From positions 1-48,865 of the IMG/VR virus record IMGVR_UViG_3300048074_000018: a stretch of DNA of 48,865 bases; one strand, given 5' to 3'. Position numbers and translations under genes: made by a program. Of this stretch, positions 25,736 through 36,200 are shown piece after piece; within the stretch, counting starts at the first letter, position 1; every line of letters begins with the position of its first letter. Source of the stretch: a virus. Lineage: Duplodnaviria; Caudoviricetes. Below the pieces are notes generated by a model. The model was not told the DNA's origin, searched no databases, and saw only the letters and a program-made list of their open reading frames with translations.

Positions 25736-27699
25736 TGCCGATTGCCGTCAATCCCTCGACTGGCGAGACTGTATTTCTGGACGATGCCGGCGCGTGGAAG
25801 CCTGCCCAAACGGCTGTCAATCCGCAAACCAAGGAAATGCTGGCCTTCGACGGCAAAACCTGGGCTCCGGTCCCGGCACAGTCCAAGGGCGTCCTCGGCT
25901 ACATTGACGACGCAGTGCGGTCCATGGCGCAGGGGGCTACATTTGGCTGGGCAGACGAAATTGCCGCCCGTGGTAATGCGCTGATCGGGCAGGGGACATA
26001 CGAACAGAATATCCAGCAGGAACGGGCGCGGGATAAGCAGATTTCCCCCTATATCAGCATTCCAGGCCAGATCGCGGGCGGCATTGGGTCGATGATTGCG
26101 GCGGGGCCTGCTGTAGCGCCCCTAGCGGCTCGTGCGGGACTCACTGCTTTGCCTAAAGCCGCACAGTATATCGGACTGGGGGCGGGAACAGGGGCCGTCC
26201 AGGGGGCCGGAGAAGCGGAGGAAGGTGGTAGGGTTGCAGGGGCGGCCGGAGGGGCTGCCATCGGTGGTTTTGTCGGTGCGGTTGCCCCCAAAGTCGTCCA
26301 GGGTGTCGCCAATACGGTCCAGGCCGTCAGGGGTGCATTTTCCCCCACTGCCAATGTGTCCGCCGATTTGGGGCGCGCCATCGTCCGCGACGCCGATACT
26401 CCGGCAGCCTTGGCAGCCCGGCTAGCTGAAGCGCAGGCGGAACGTCCTGGCGTGGCGACCATTGCGGACGTGGGCAAGGAGAACGTCAGGGGGCTTTTAG
26501 AGCGGGTAGCGCAGACGCCGGGGGCAGGCCGCACGACAGTCGTTCCGGCGCTCACACAGCGCCAGCAAGGCCAGATGGGGCGTTTGTCCAATGACTTGCG
26601 GGAACTGACTGGCACGCGCCAGACGGCGATGCAGGCGATTGATCAAACCATGGCCGGGCAGGTAGAGGCGGCGGCCCCACTTTATCAGCAAGCCTATGAG
26701 GCGGGAGACCGCGCCATATGGTCCCCTGTTCTTGAGCGTCTATCGTCCAGTCCTACAATTCAGGCTGCGATGCGTGGCGCTGTCCGTGTATGGCGAGACG
26801 TTGCTGTTGCTGAAGGTTATGGCGGGATGAACCCCGGCGCATTGGTGGATCGCGGTGGACAACTTAGTTTTTTGAACGGCCGCGTTCCTGTTTTCCCGAA
26901 TTTGCAGTTTTGGGATTATACAAAGCGAATCATTGACGACCAGATTTCTACGGCTGTGCGGGCTGGGCAAAATCAGAAAGTAAGAACATTAACATCCCTA
27001 CAGAACACATTGCGCAATGAACTTGACACTCAGGTCCCTGCCTATAGCCAAGCCCGTGCTGCATGGGCTGGTCCCGCCCGGTATCTTGACGCAATCGAGG
27101 AAGGCCGCAACATCTTGAGCCCACGGGTTGCGGCAGATGAATTTGCGGCGCGCGTTGCATCGTTGAGCACCGGAGAACAAGAGGCTATTCGCATAGGCGC
27201 TGTATCGTCCATCATCGGAAAGATGGGCACAGACGCCGCCAAGCTTGGGGACATGACAAAATATCTACGCTCCCCGGAAGTGCGCGCCAAGATCGCGGCC
27301 ATCATGCCGGACGAAGAAACAGCCGCTCGGTTCATGCAGCGCCTTGATTTCGAGGTTAGCGCGTCTGAACTAACTGGCCGATCTCTCGGCAACAGTGCCA
27401 CGGCGCGACGCTTGGCAGAGGGCAAGGACGCGGAAAGCCTCACGGCTGATCTGGTCATGAGCGCCCTAAGTGGTCACGCTCGGAGTGTGTGGAGCCAATT
27501 CGTTGGAGCCATTCCAGGCCGCATTCGCGATACGTTGCGGTCGCGTTCGGATGCTCGATTGGCCGATGTTCTGTTGCAAGCCCAGGACGCGCGCGCTCTT
27601 AATCAGGTCTTGAGCGGAGCCGCGCGGGCCGGGCAACCTGTTTCTGATGCTGCTAAGATGGGCGGCGTGATCGGCGGAAATGCTTTGTTGAACTACTGA
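25735..27699 (+). CDS. Large DNA ejection protein (gp16-like)
   Basis: QGATFGWADEI followed by Ala/Gly-rich hydrophobic stretches; last gene of ejection cluster. Confidence 0.7.
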   Translation: MPIAVNPSTGETVFLDDAGAWKPAQTAVNPQTKEMLAFDGKTWAPVPAQSKGVLGYIDDAVRSMAQGATFGWADEIAARGNALIGQGTYEQNIQQERARDKQISPYISIPGQIAGGIGSMIAAGPAVAPLAARAGLTALPKAAQYIGLGAGTGAVQGAGEAEEGGRVAGAAGGAAIGGFVGAVAPKVVQGVANTVQAVRGAFSPTANVSADLGRAIVRDADTPAALAARLAEAQAERPGVATIADVGKENVRGLLERVAQTPGAGRTTVVPALTQRQQGQMGRLSNDLRELTGTRQTAMQAIDQTMAGQVEAAAPLYQQAYEAGDRAIWSPVLERLSSSPTIQAAMRGAVRVWRDVAVAEGYGGMNPGALVDRGGQLSFLNGRVPVFPNLQFWDYTKRIIDDQISTAVRAGQNQKVRTLTSLQNTLRNELDTQVPAYSQARAAWAGPARYLDAIEEGRNILSPRVAADEFAARVASLSTGEQEAIRIGAVSSIIGKMGTDAAKLGDMTKYLRSPEVRAKIAAIMPDEETAARFMQRLDFEVSASELTGRSLGNSATARRLAEGKDAESLTADLVMSALSGHARSVWSQFVGAIPGRIRDTLRSRSDARLADVLLQAQDARALNQVLSGAARAGQPVSDAAKMGGVIGGNALLNY

Positions 27700-27929
27700 T
27701 CGCGCGGCTTGATCCTTGGGAGGCGTGAGTTTTCTTTGTCCTTCCCGTCCATGCCAAAATCCGGCCACCAGCCATAGTGACTTTTGAACCACCACATTGT
27801 GTAAAATCCACCAACTAGAAATCCAAAACAAAACAGGGGGCCTGCCCACTTAGCGGCCTGAAACACTAGGTAAAGCGCTGCAATCGACAAGATTGCGGTA
27901 ACGAAGAACATCCAACGGGGAAACGGCAT
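27693..27929 (-). CDS. Small two-TM membrane protein, superinfection-exclusion candidate
   Basis: AAGGA RBS, two hydrophobic segments, opposite strand directly after ejection genes. Confidence 0.6.
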   Translation of the reverse strand: MPFPRWMFFVTAILSIAALYLVFQAAKWAGPLFCFGFLVGGFYTMWWFKSHYGWWPDFGMDGKDKENSRLPRIKPRDQ

Positions 27930-27983
27930 TCGTTGTCCTTTATGCGTCCCCTGTGACCGATAAGTAAATTTAGCACACCACAC

Positions 27984-28006
27984 CCCGCCCGCAAGGCGGG
28001 TTTTTT
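27984..28006 (+). terminator. Intrinsic terminator
   Basis: cccgcc-cgcaa-ggcggg followed by TTTTTT. Confidence 0.8.
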
Positions 28007-28023
28007 ATTGCCCGGAGGGCGCT

Positions 28024-29460
28024 TTGGCTAACAGGTTGTCAAATCCATTTCCGCAATTCGTGGATAGCACAGGTGCGCCCTATTCTGGCGGCACGCTGTA
28101 TTTCTATGCGGCCGGCACGTCTACGCCATTGGCATTCTATACCGACCGCACTCTGTCCACTTCTGGCGGTACATCGCTTACCCTCAATTCATCCGGTCGG
28201 GCGACCGTTGACGTATATCTGCAAAATCTCGCCTACAAGATCGTCCTCAAGGACTCCAGCGCCAACACGATCTGGACGGCCGATTATGTCTATGCGTCCG
28301 ACTTTTCGGCTGTTGCGCAGTTCACGGGGAATAATGGAAACCCGAACGGATCGGTAGCCGGCACGGCAGCTTCGTCCGGAGTCCCGGCATCGAGCATTTG
28401 GGACTACACGAACGGCATTCTGTACATCTGCACGACAACCGGGACTTCCTCGACGGCTGTCTGGACGGCGGTTAATCCGTCCGGCTCAACTCCGGTTTCC
28501 TCCCCTCAAGGTCGCCTGACACTTACCAGCGCCACCCCTGTATTGGCTGCTGACGTATCGGCCGGCACGTCCGTCTATTACACGCCGTTCGTCGGCAATC
28601 TTATTCCGATCTTTAACGGCTCTGTCTTTGTTCCACAGACCTTTTCCGAACTGACTTTGACGCTTGCGGCGCAGCACTTAGCATCAAGCATTTATGACAT
28701 CTTCGTCTGGTCTGACAGCGGAACGCTACGGCTCGGCACTGGCCCGGCATGGGCAACCGTTACGGCAGGCTCTGGTGCGCGCGGTACGGGTGCGGGGACA
28801 ACGCAACTCACGAAGCTGCTCGGATATTACGTCAACACGGTTTCCATGACCGTCCGCAATGGCGGCACCACATACACAGTTGATGCGAACAAAGGAACCT
28901 ATGTCGGTTCCATGTATATGGACGGCACGAACGGCCAAGTGAGTTGCCACGTCACTTACGGCCAGTCGCGCAAGTGGGCAATCTGGAACGCGTACAATCG
29001 CAAGCCCATCATTTTGCTCATGGGCGATACAACGGCATCGTGGAATTACACCACCAACACAATCCGGCAGTCTCGCGCGACGGCAGGCAATACGGTTGCG
29101 GTCTTTACGGGGCTTCCGGAGGAATCTGTAAAGATTGAATTTAGACAAAAGGTGCTTGGCGGTTCTGTTAATGCGGCGACAAGCACAAATGTCACGTGGG
29201 AAATCGGGCTCGGTCTCAATTCCACAACCGCATACACAGGGCAGGTTGGCAGCGCGGGTGCCAGTACTAACGGCGCGGCGTCAACCGTCAGCGTTAATTT
29301 AACAAATACCGCGCACGCTTCTCATGTGATGGTACCGACCATCGGATTGAATAACATCAATTCACTCGAACGCACCACTTCAAACACTGGCTCTAGCGTT
29401 TCCGTCAATTATCAAGGCGGGGATGACGACATGCTTTTGATTGCCGAATGGCTTGGTTGA
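28024..29460 (+). CDS. Tail fibre / tailspike-anchoring protein
   Basis: GGAGG RBS with TTG start; QFVDSTGAPYSGGTLYFYAAGTSTP N-terminal virion-binding motif; PQGRLTLTS.TPV domain. Confidence 0.75.
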   Translation: MANRLSNPFPQFVDSTGAPYSGGTLYFYAAGTSTPLAFYTDRTLSTSGGTSLTLNSSGRATVDVYLQNLAYKIVLKDSSANTIWTADYVYASDFSAVAQFTGNNGNPNGSVAGTAASSGVPASSIWDYTNGILYICTTTGTSSTAVWTAVNPSGSTPVSSPQGRLTLTSATPVLAADVSAGTSVYYTPFVGNLIPIFNGSVFVPQTFSELTLTLAAQHLASSIYDIFVWSDSGTLRLGTGPAWATVTAGSGARGTGAGTTQLTKLLGYYVNTVSMTVRNGGTTYTVDANKGTYVGSMYMDGTNGQVSCHVTYGQSRKWAIWNAYNRKPIILLMGDTTASWNYTTNTIRQSRATAGNTVAVFTGLPEESVKIEFRQKVLGGSVNAATSTNVTWEIGLGLNSTTAYTGQVGSAGASTNGAASTVSVNLTNTAHASHVMVPTIGLNNINSLERTTSNTGSSVSVNYQGGDDDMLLIAEWLG

Positions 29461-29470
29461 GGTAATTTGA

Positions 29471-31510
29471 ATGCCGCAGGCTTCTAATTATTCAGTTACT
29501 ATTGGGCGTGGGTCCGGAATAGGTTTTCGTTCTGCTGTTCCTGGCACGTCCGGATATATGCTTCAAAGCAATGGAGCCGCATCCGACCCGACCTTTGAAG
29601 GATTTTTGCAGGCTGGTACCGGAGCGACGACGCGCACTTGGCAGGCTAAGGCGCGTGAAGCCGTAAGCATTACAGATTTCGGCGCGTCACCGTCTGAGAC
29701 GGCAGCTAATAATGCTACGTATATTCAAGCCGCTCTTACCTATGCAGTAGCGAACGGCAAGGCTCTGCATATCCCGGCCGGTTCATACCAATGCAATGCG
29801 CAACTCACGTCCTCTGGTGCTGATGTTGCGATCTTTGGCGATAGTCACGCGACATCGCGCATTATCTTTACGGCAGCAACTGGCGGGTTTTCTCTTACAA
29901 TGGACCCGCAGTCCGCAGGCGTTCCTCCAGATCAAGTTGATATCCGCAACTTAGTTATTGAGTCGCGCGCTACTGTATCAAGCCCGGCAATTAACATTAG
30001 TTATTCTGCATATCAGGCGAACGCTCAGGGACAGGTCTGGATAGATAGTATTCATATAACGCGCAAAGACGACGGTACTGGGTCATTCACCGATGGAATG
30101 AAATTTACAAATGTCTTTGGTGCTTGGATTAGAGATTGTGTAATTTTGGGTGATGATTCAAGAGTTAGTGCAACTGGATTTAATATTATTGATAGTGTTG
30201 GATTTGAATTAGTTAACTGTCATGTTAATAGATATTCACTTGGATTATCAGCTACCGTAGTATCAGCCTCACAATCTGAGGGGATAAGACTTGTCGGATG
30301 TTCTGTATATGATTGTTTTAATGGCATCAATGTAGACACTGCAATTGGTATTGATATACAGGACTCTCATATAAATTGTAACGGCGCATCATCGACCTAT
30401 GCAATTACTTTCACATCTGTTCAGCAGTCATCCGTTGGCGATGGATTGATCTATATCGGAGGTGATGGCAGCGGAGCTGCAACATTTGATGGTGTTCGTT
30501 TGGTGGGGTGCACAGACGTACAAATTATAAATAATAGGTTTATCGGATTAACTACTGATGCAAGATATGGCGTTATTGCATCAGGAACTACAACGTCATG
30601 TCAGGTCAATAACAATATTTTTTCAATGCACGCTGGTGCAACTGGAATTAGATTTTCAGCAGCTGCTGACACAGATAATCACATCAGCGGTAATACTTTT
30701 CGGACTATCACTACGCCGATAACTGATGCCGGAACACTAAATTTCTTTTCAAATAACTCTACTGGTGGAACACCGATATCAAATCTAAGGTGGGGTTCCA
30801 GTGCTGGCGGGTTTGTTGCTGGCACAGTAACGGCCGACGCAAATTGGGGCGGGTACTTTAAGGGTTATTCTGCCACGGTCGCGGACCTTGCTTTCGCAGA
30901 TTCGGCCGGGAATAACGTCATCAAGATCAAGAGCGGCGTTGCGAAGTTTCTCAACTCCGGCCTGTCTATTGAGGACACCAACGCCTCTCATCTGCTGAAC
31001 ATCAAGCCGGGCTCCAATATCACGGCTGATCGTGTTTTTACGCTGACGACTGGTGACGCCGACCGGACGCTTTCAATGTCCGGCAACATCACTGTTGCGG
31101 CTGATTTCATCACGTCCGGCGCTAACAGCCTCACGCTGACAACGACCGGGGCAACGGATGTAACGCTGCCGACAACCGGCACGCTGGCGACTCTGAGCGG
31201 ATCGGAAACGCTCGAAAACAAGACGCTGACAACGCCAAACATCGGAGCGGCCACAGGAACGTCGGCGACGGTAACGGGTACGTTGCACGCCTATTCTGGC
31301 ACGGCTGTTCCTGCCGGCGGCACTACAGGTTCCGGAATCAAATTATCATCTACGGCTGACTTAGGTGTCTTTTTCGGTTCTGGCGCACCGACATTATCGG
31401 CCGCGCAGGGCTCCCTTTATATCCGCACTGACGGCTCGTCTACGTCCACTCGCGCCTACGTCAATACGAATGGCACGACCGGATGGACCGCCATCACCAC
31501 AGCAGCCTAA
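29471..31510 (+). CDS. Tailspike with pectate-lyase-3-like beta-helix (depolymerase candidate)
   Basis: VSITDFGA...IQAAL...LHIPAGSY followed by parallel beta-helix repeats; AT-rich core. Confidence 0.8.
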   Translation: MPQASNYSVTIGRGSGIGFRSAVPGTSGYMLQSNGAASDPTFEGFLQAGTGATTRTWQAKAREAVSITDFGASPSETAANNATYIQAALTYAVANGKALHIPAGSYQCNAQLTSSGADVAIFGDSHATSRIIFTAATGGFSLTMDPQSAGVPPDQVDIRNLVIESRATVSSPAINISYSAYQANAQGQVWIDSIHITRKDDGTGSFTDGMKFTNVFGAWIRDCVILGDDSRVSATGFNIIDSVGFELVNCHVNRYSLGLSATVVSASQSEGIRLVGCSVYDCFNGINVDTAIGIDIQDSHINCNGASSTYAITFTSVQQSSVGDGLIYIGGDGSGAATFDGVRLVGCTDVQIINNRFIGLTTDARYGVIASGTTTSCQVNNNIFSMHAGATGIRFSAAADTDNHISGNTFRTITTPITDAGTLNFFSNNSTGGTPISNLRWGSSAGGFVAGTVTADANWGGYFKGYSATVADLAFADSAGNNVIKIKSGVAKFLNSGLSIEDTNASHLLNIKPGSNITADRVFTLTTGDADRTLSMSGNITVAADFITSGANSLTLTTTGATDVTLPTTGTLATLSGSETLENKTLTTPNIGAATGTSATVTGTLHAYSGTAVPAGGTTGSGIKLSSTADLGVFFGSGAPTLSAAQGSLYIRTDGSSTSTRAYVNTNGTTGWTAITTAA

Positions 31511-31522
31511 TCAGGACATTCC

Positions 31523-32383
31523 ATGCGCGGACGAGGACTATCAGGACGACCATTATCGGGCTGGCGTCGTCTCAGCGGCGGAAGCTTGTCCGGCGAAGGC
31601 CGTATGGGCACAAGTGGAGGCTCAGGGGTTGATCCTCTGGCTCCTGCGGCTCCGGTCATCGTCCGGCTGACTGCTGCGACTGATACAGGCTCGTCGAACA
31701 GTGACGCCATCAGCAGCACGGCTAATCCGCAGTACACGTTCAACCTGCCGAGCGGCAATCCTGACACGAATAAGAATATCGCGGTCGATGATGTTTTGAG
31801 GCTCGCGCATAACGGGACCTCTGTCGGCACCGTCACGATCACTCAGAACATGATCGACGACATTGACCCAATAGAGGTCGTGTTCACGGAGACCGCAGAG
31901 GGAAGCATTGCCGTCACGGCGCGGCTGGAACGTGGGGCGCACATCGGTCCATGGTCTGCGACGTACACATGGACGCGCTACGCCTCCGCGCCAACGATCA
32001 CGACGAATGCCGCTCAGAGCGTCAACGAGAATGCTGCACTAGCAGTTTCGCTCGCTTCAAGTCGTACCATCGACACGTGGGCTATCCGGACGGCCGTCCA
32101 GGACGCTGCATCGCTCGACCACGACGAGTTCGAAATCAGCGGGACGACGCTGCGATGGTCTGCAAATGGAACGCGAGACTACGAGGCTCCTTCTGATACG
32201 AACACAGATAACGCCTATGTCGTCGTCGTCCGTGCAACCGATCTCGCTGGCAATACGGCGGACAAGACGATCACGGTCACGGTCGCCGACATCGCAGATA
32301 ATTTCTATATCCAACTTGAGGGCTCTACGGATGTCATTCAGTTGGAAGGTTCGACCGATAGAATCCAATTGGAGTCTGCATAA
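31523..32383 (+). CDS. Ig-like/cadherin-domain virion protein
   Basis: DTGSSNSDAIS Ig motif; SVNEN...DYEAPSDTNTDNAYVVVVRATD cadherin-like domain; start uncertain. Confidence 0.7.
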   Translation: MRGRGLSGRPLSGWRRLSGGSLSGEGRMGTSGGSGVDPLAPAAPVIVRLTAATDTGSSNSDAISSTANPQYTFNLPSGNPDTNKNIAVDDVLRLAHNGTSVGTVTITQNMIDDIDPIEVVFTETAEGSIAVTARLERGAHIGPWSATYTWTRYASAPTITTNAAQSVNENAALAVSLASSRTIDTWAIRTAVQDAASLDHDEFEISGTTLRWSANGTRDYEAPSDTNTDNAYVVVVRATDLAGNTADKTITVTVADIADNFYIQLEGSTDVIQLEGSTDRIQLESA

Positions 32384-33216
32384 TGGCTGACCAGAAAATC
32401 TCTGACAGAACTGCTCTTTCCGGCACGGGCTTAATCTCAACGCCTGTCGCCCGCGCAAGCAGCACGACTGATTATCGCAGGGTCGATAATCTCACGGCAA
32501 CGTCCAATCCGACTGCAAATGATGACAGCGGAGACGGCTACACAATCGGCTCGTATTGGTTCCGTAGCGATACGGGAGAATTGTGGGTGTGCCGCGATGC
32601 TACTTCAACGTCTGCCGATTGGCAGCGTGTCTACGGTTCTGACTATATCGTAGGTAATTGGTATTTCCCGAAGGGATCGTATATCGTCGGAGCAGGCGGC
32701 GCTGTAACTCTTGATACAATATATTGGTTTGCTCTTTGTGATGTCGAAGGTCGTATCACGATCAGCGATCTCGGAACTCGCGTGGGCACCGGCGCAGCCT
32801 CACAGAACGCGCAGTTTGCGGTCTATGCGAACAATCCAGCGACTAATCGGCCGACCGGAAATGCTCTTAGTTCGACGCCGAATGTGTCCGTCGCCTCTGG
32901 TGCGACTTTCGTCTCAGGAGCACTATCTGCTTCTGTCACGCTGGAGGGCAATTCTGGTATCGCAGCGTGGCTCGCCACGAATTGTTCAAGTTCGACACCT
33001 ACATTTCACGCAGCTCCTGCGACAAATCCATGGTTCGGGCAGTTTGTCGGCAGTACCTCGACGGCAAATTTGTTCACGTCATCGTCAGCAACGATCACTG
33101 GGCTATCGACTGCGCAAACCTTCGGAACGTGGCCTGATGTGACTTTGGCGTCATTTACGAACGTCACCTCAGCGATTGTTCCACTCTTAGCATTTAAGAT
33201 CGCCGCGAACCCATAA
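32383..33216 (+). CDS. Tail-associated hypothetical protein
   Basis: MADQKIS start; PTANDDSGDGYTIGSYW...WVC.DAT motif. Confidence 0.7.
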   Translation: MADQKISDRTALSGTGLISTPVARASSTTDYRRVDNLTATSNPTANDDSGDGYTIGSYWFRSDTGELWVCRDATSTSADWQRVYGSDYIVGNWYFPKGSYIVGAGGAVTLDTIYWFALCDVEGRITISDLGTRVGTGAASQNAQFAVYANNPATNRPTGNALSSTPNVSVASGATFVSGALSASVTLEGNSGIAAWLATNCSSSTPTFHAAPATNPWFGQFVGSTSTANLFTSSSATITGLSTAQTFGTWPDVTLASFTNVTSAIVPLLAFKIAANP

Positions 33217-36200
33217 TGGTTGCTGTTTCCGAAGTCACTATGGCAGCAGCGAACATTGTTCGCGTTACTGTCCTTGACGGGTCGATAGTGAAAGGTCCGT
33301 TAATCGGCCCAGGAACCGTCGAGACGGGAGCCTACGGCGTTCGCTTCAGCCGCACGAATCCCAACACGGGACAGACGGAGCGCGCTTACATTAAGGGCCG
33401 AAATAAAGACTATCTGAAATTCGACGATACCCCGCCAGCGGCGTACTTGGATAGAGATGCGGCAGACGATCATACAGGGTATGGATTCGGGGTCCGAACG
33501 GTCACGGCAGTTTACCGTAAGACAGAACCATATGATGGCGGAAGCGGAGAACGTGTCGGAGCCCTCGGAACGTACACAAACCGCATCGTCTCTATGCGGC
33601 ATTACTTGTATCTGAAGTTAGATGCCAATCTTGCTGCTGGCACGTACACGATAGAATTCCCGGCTGGTACCGGTCTGGCCGATTATCAATTTACGTTCAA
33701 TGACAAAGTGACGCGATGCAGTTCCATCCACGGCAATCAGGTCGGGTATCGACCATCCGATGTATGTAAAGACGCATATTTATCTGTATGGGTTCCTGGT
33801 GCCCCGAATGAGGGGCAAATCGAGTTCCCCGTAGCGACATATCCTGAGTTTCACCTCATAGATAATGGGGGAAAGATTGTCTACACAGGTAGTTTGACGC
33901 AACGGGTCTCGCCAACGACAGTTGAAGCGAGCCATGCAGCTTTTACTGCGACAATAACTGGGGCCTCCAACACAAATCCTGTCGTCTTGACAGTCGCGTC
34001 CCATCCGTTTAGCGCCGGGAATAACGTCTACATCAGCGGTGTAGGCGGCATGACTGAAATCAATGGATTTGCATACCGGATTAGCGCCACCACTGCGACC
34101 AGCATTACGCTGCAAAAAACAGACGGAACAGGGTGGGGAACATTTACATCCGGGGGTACAATTAGCGGAGAGTTAAACCGCTATGCTTCGACTTCAACCG
34201 CGCCCTTGACGTTAGTCAGTATCAGTCGCGCCGATCCAGGTGTCGTCACATACGACGGCGCTGCTTTCATCCCAGCAGTCGGAGATACATTGATGCTCCG
34301 CAGCGTAGCGGGGATGACGCAACTAGAGGGGGCGTTCGTTCGCGTTCTAAGCGTCAATACTGTATCCAAGACATTCACCATTGACTACGACACAAGTGCG
34401 TACACAGCGTATAGCACGTCGTATTTAACGGCAGCGATCTATAAGACACATCGCGCAAATCGCGCAGGGACTTATGTCTATTATCTCGATATCAGTGCGG
34501 CTACAAATTTGGTGTCTGGCCTTTATCGGTACTACATACCCGGCCTAGGAGTTTCAGATCAGTTTCGATATGACGACGCTGTTTATCATGATGTAAACGC
34601 GATCACGTGCGGGGGCATTTTTAACAATCGTTCCGGCATGGCCTTGAACGGTGAGTTTAGCTACACGCGACCTGTCTGCTTTAAGGATGGTGTCGCGAAT
34701 GGGACTGCTTTAGAAATCTACTATAATTATATGCCATCAGTGTTGGCTTCCGAGTCTGGCAACGGAGGAGGGTTGGCCTCCGGTCTTGTTTTCTCTGCGC
34801 CTGGAACCTGGGTTTCGAGCGAACGTGTTCCTGAAGGGTGGGGGTTTCTTCATCACAACGCGGGCGACTGGGACGCACATCTTGTCGCTAATATGTACGC
34901 GTATTACGACATGCTCGATTTGGGGTGGGATTTCTTACCAGCGAATGTCCGTGCTGTTGATTTCGGCACTCCAAAAAGCAGCGTTACAATCGGTGCGTTA
35001 TACGCGGGGACCGACTCGTTAGGCGATGCCGTCCATGAAGTTCTTTGGGCGATGGAAGGCTATCGCCAACTTCAGAAGATCACGGGCGCAGTCGGTTCTG
35101 GCAGTAGTGCGCTGCCGCAAACAACGGGCACAGCCGTTAGTTGGGTGTGCTGCGATAACGCGTCTATTCATGCCCCGGATCATCCTACAAACTACGCTTA
35201 CGCAGCGCTGGCGGCTAAGTTGGCCATTATCTTCGCTGCTGAAGGTCTGACATCTCTCGCGACTCTTTGGGAGACCAGCGCCGTTTCTGCATGGGATTGG
35301 GCAGAAGATACGCGGACGATATTGACGGGGCATGTCGTTACGCTGACTGGTGGTTCTGGAACCTATAGCAATGGAGAGACAATTACCGGCGGAACGTCAG
35401 GAACAGTCGCAACTGTGTGGGCATCCGGTACCACATCAATTGAAATTGCAGACGCGAGCGGGGCTTTTACTGTTGGTGAGACTATCACCGGAGGAACTAG
35501 CGGAGCCGCGAGAACGTACTCGTCGATTGCGACGAACGTCGATTTTGATCCGAATTATTATTATGAAAGCGAGCTTGGGGTAAAGACGAAGGCTGCATGG
35601 AGTACAGCGACATTCTACACAAATTTGCGTCTTCTCCGCTCCCTTGCGACGACGCATCGCCCCGCAGCGGCGGGGGTTTTGTGGCGGCTTACCGGCAACA
35701 CCGCCTATCGAGATATAGTAGAGGCAGCAATATCGCCGGGAGCGGCGTCGGGTTTTCATCAACGGGTTGCCGCGTGGGAGCACTATCAGCAAAATCCGAG
35801 CCCGTCTGCTCGGTACTATTCTGATTTAACGTCAGCATTTCCCAATCAGATTGCTGATTTCTCCCAGGCCACAGTCGCATATCGACATAATGGGACAAAG
35901 GGAGTTAACGGCACTGTAGGCTTGTTCGATCAATGGCAGCATCTATTGCGTCAATTCATAATCACAGGAAGCACCGACGTTCTGGAGACACTACAGGCCG
36001 CAAACAATGTGATTTCTGGTGCGAACCAGTATGAGCACCATCTGACATCCGGCGTTGGTGTCAGGCGCGTTGAAGAATTTCTTCATGAAGACACTAAATC
36101 GTCCGGGCAACCAATCCCTCCCGGTTATCAGTTGTACGCGTGGCAACCTGGATTTTTTGCCAGCGCACTAAACTTCACTAGCGAAGCGCCGATCAACTAT

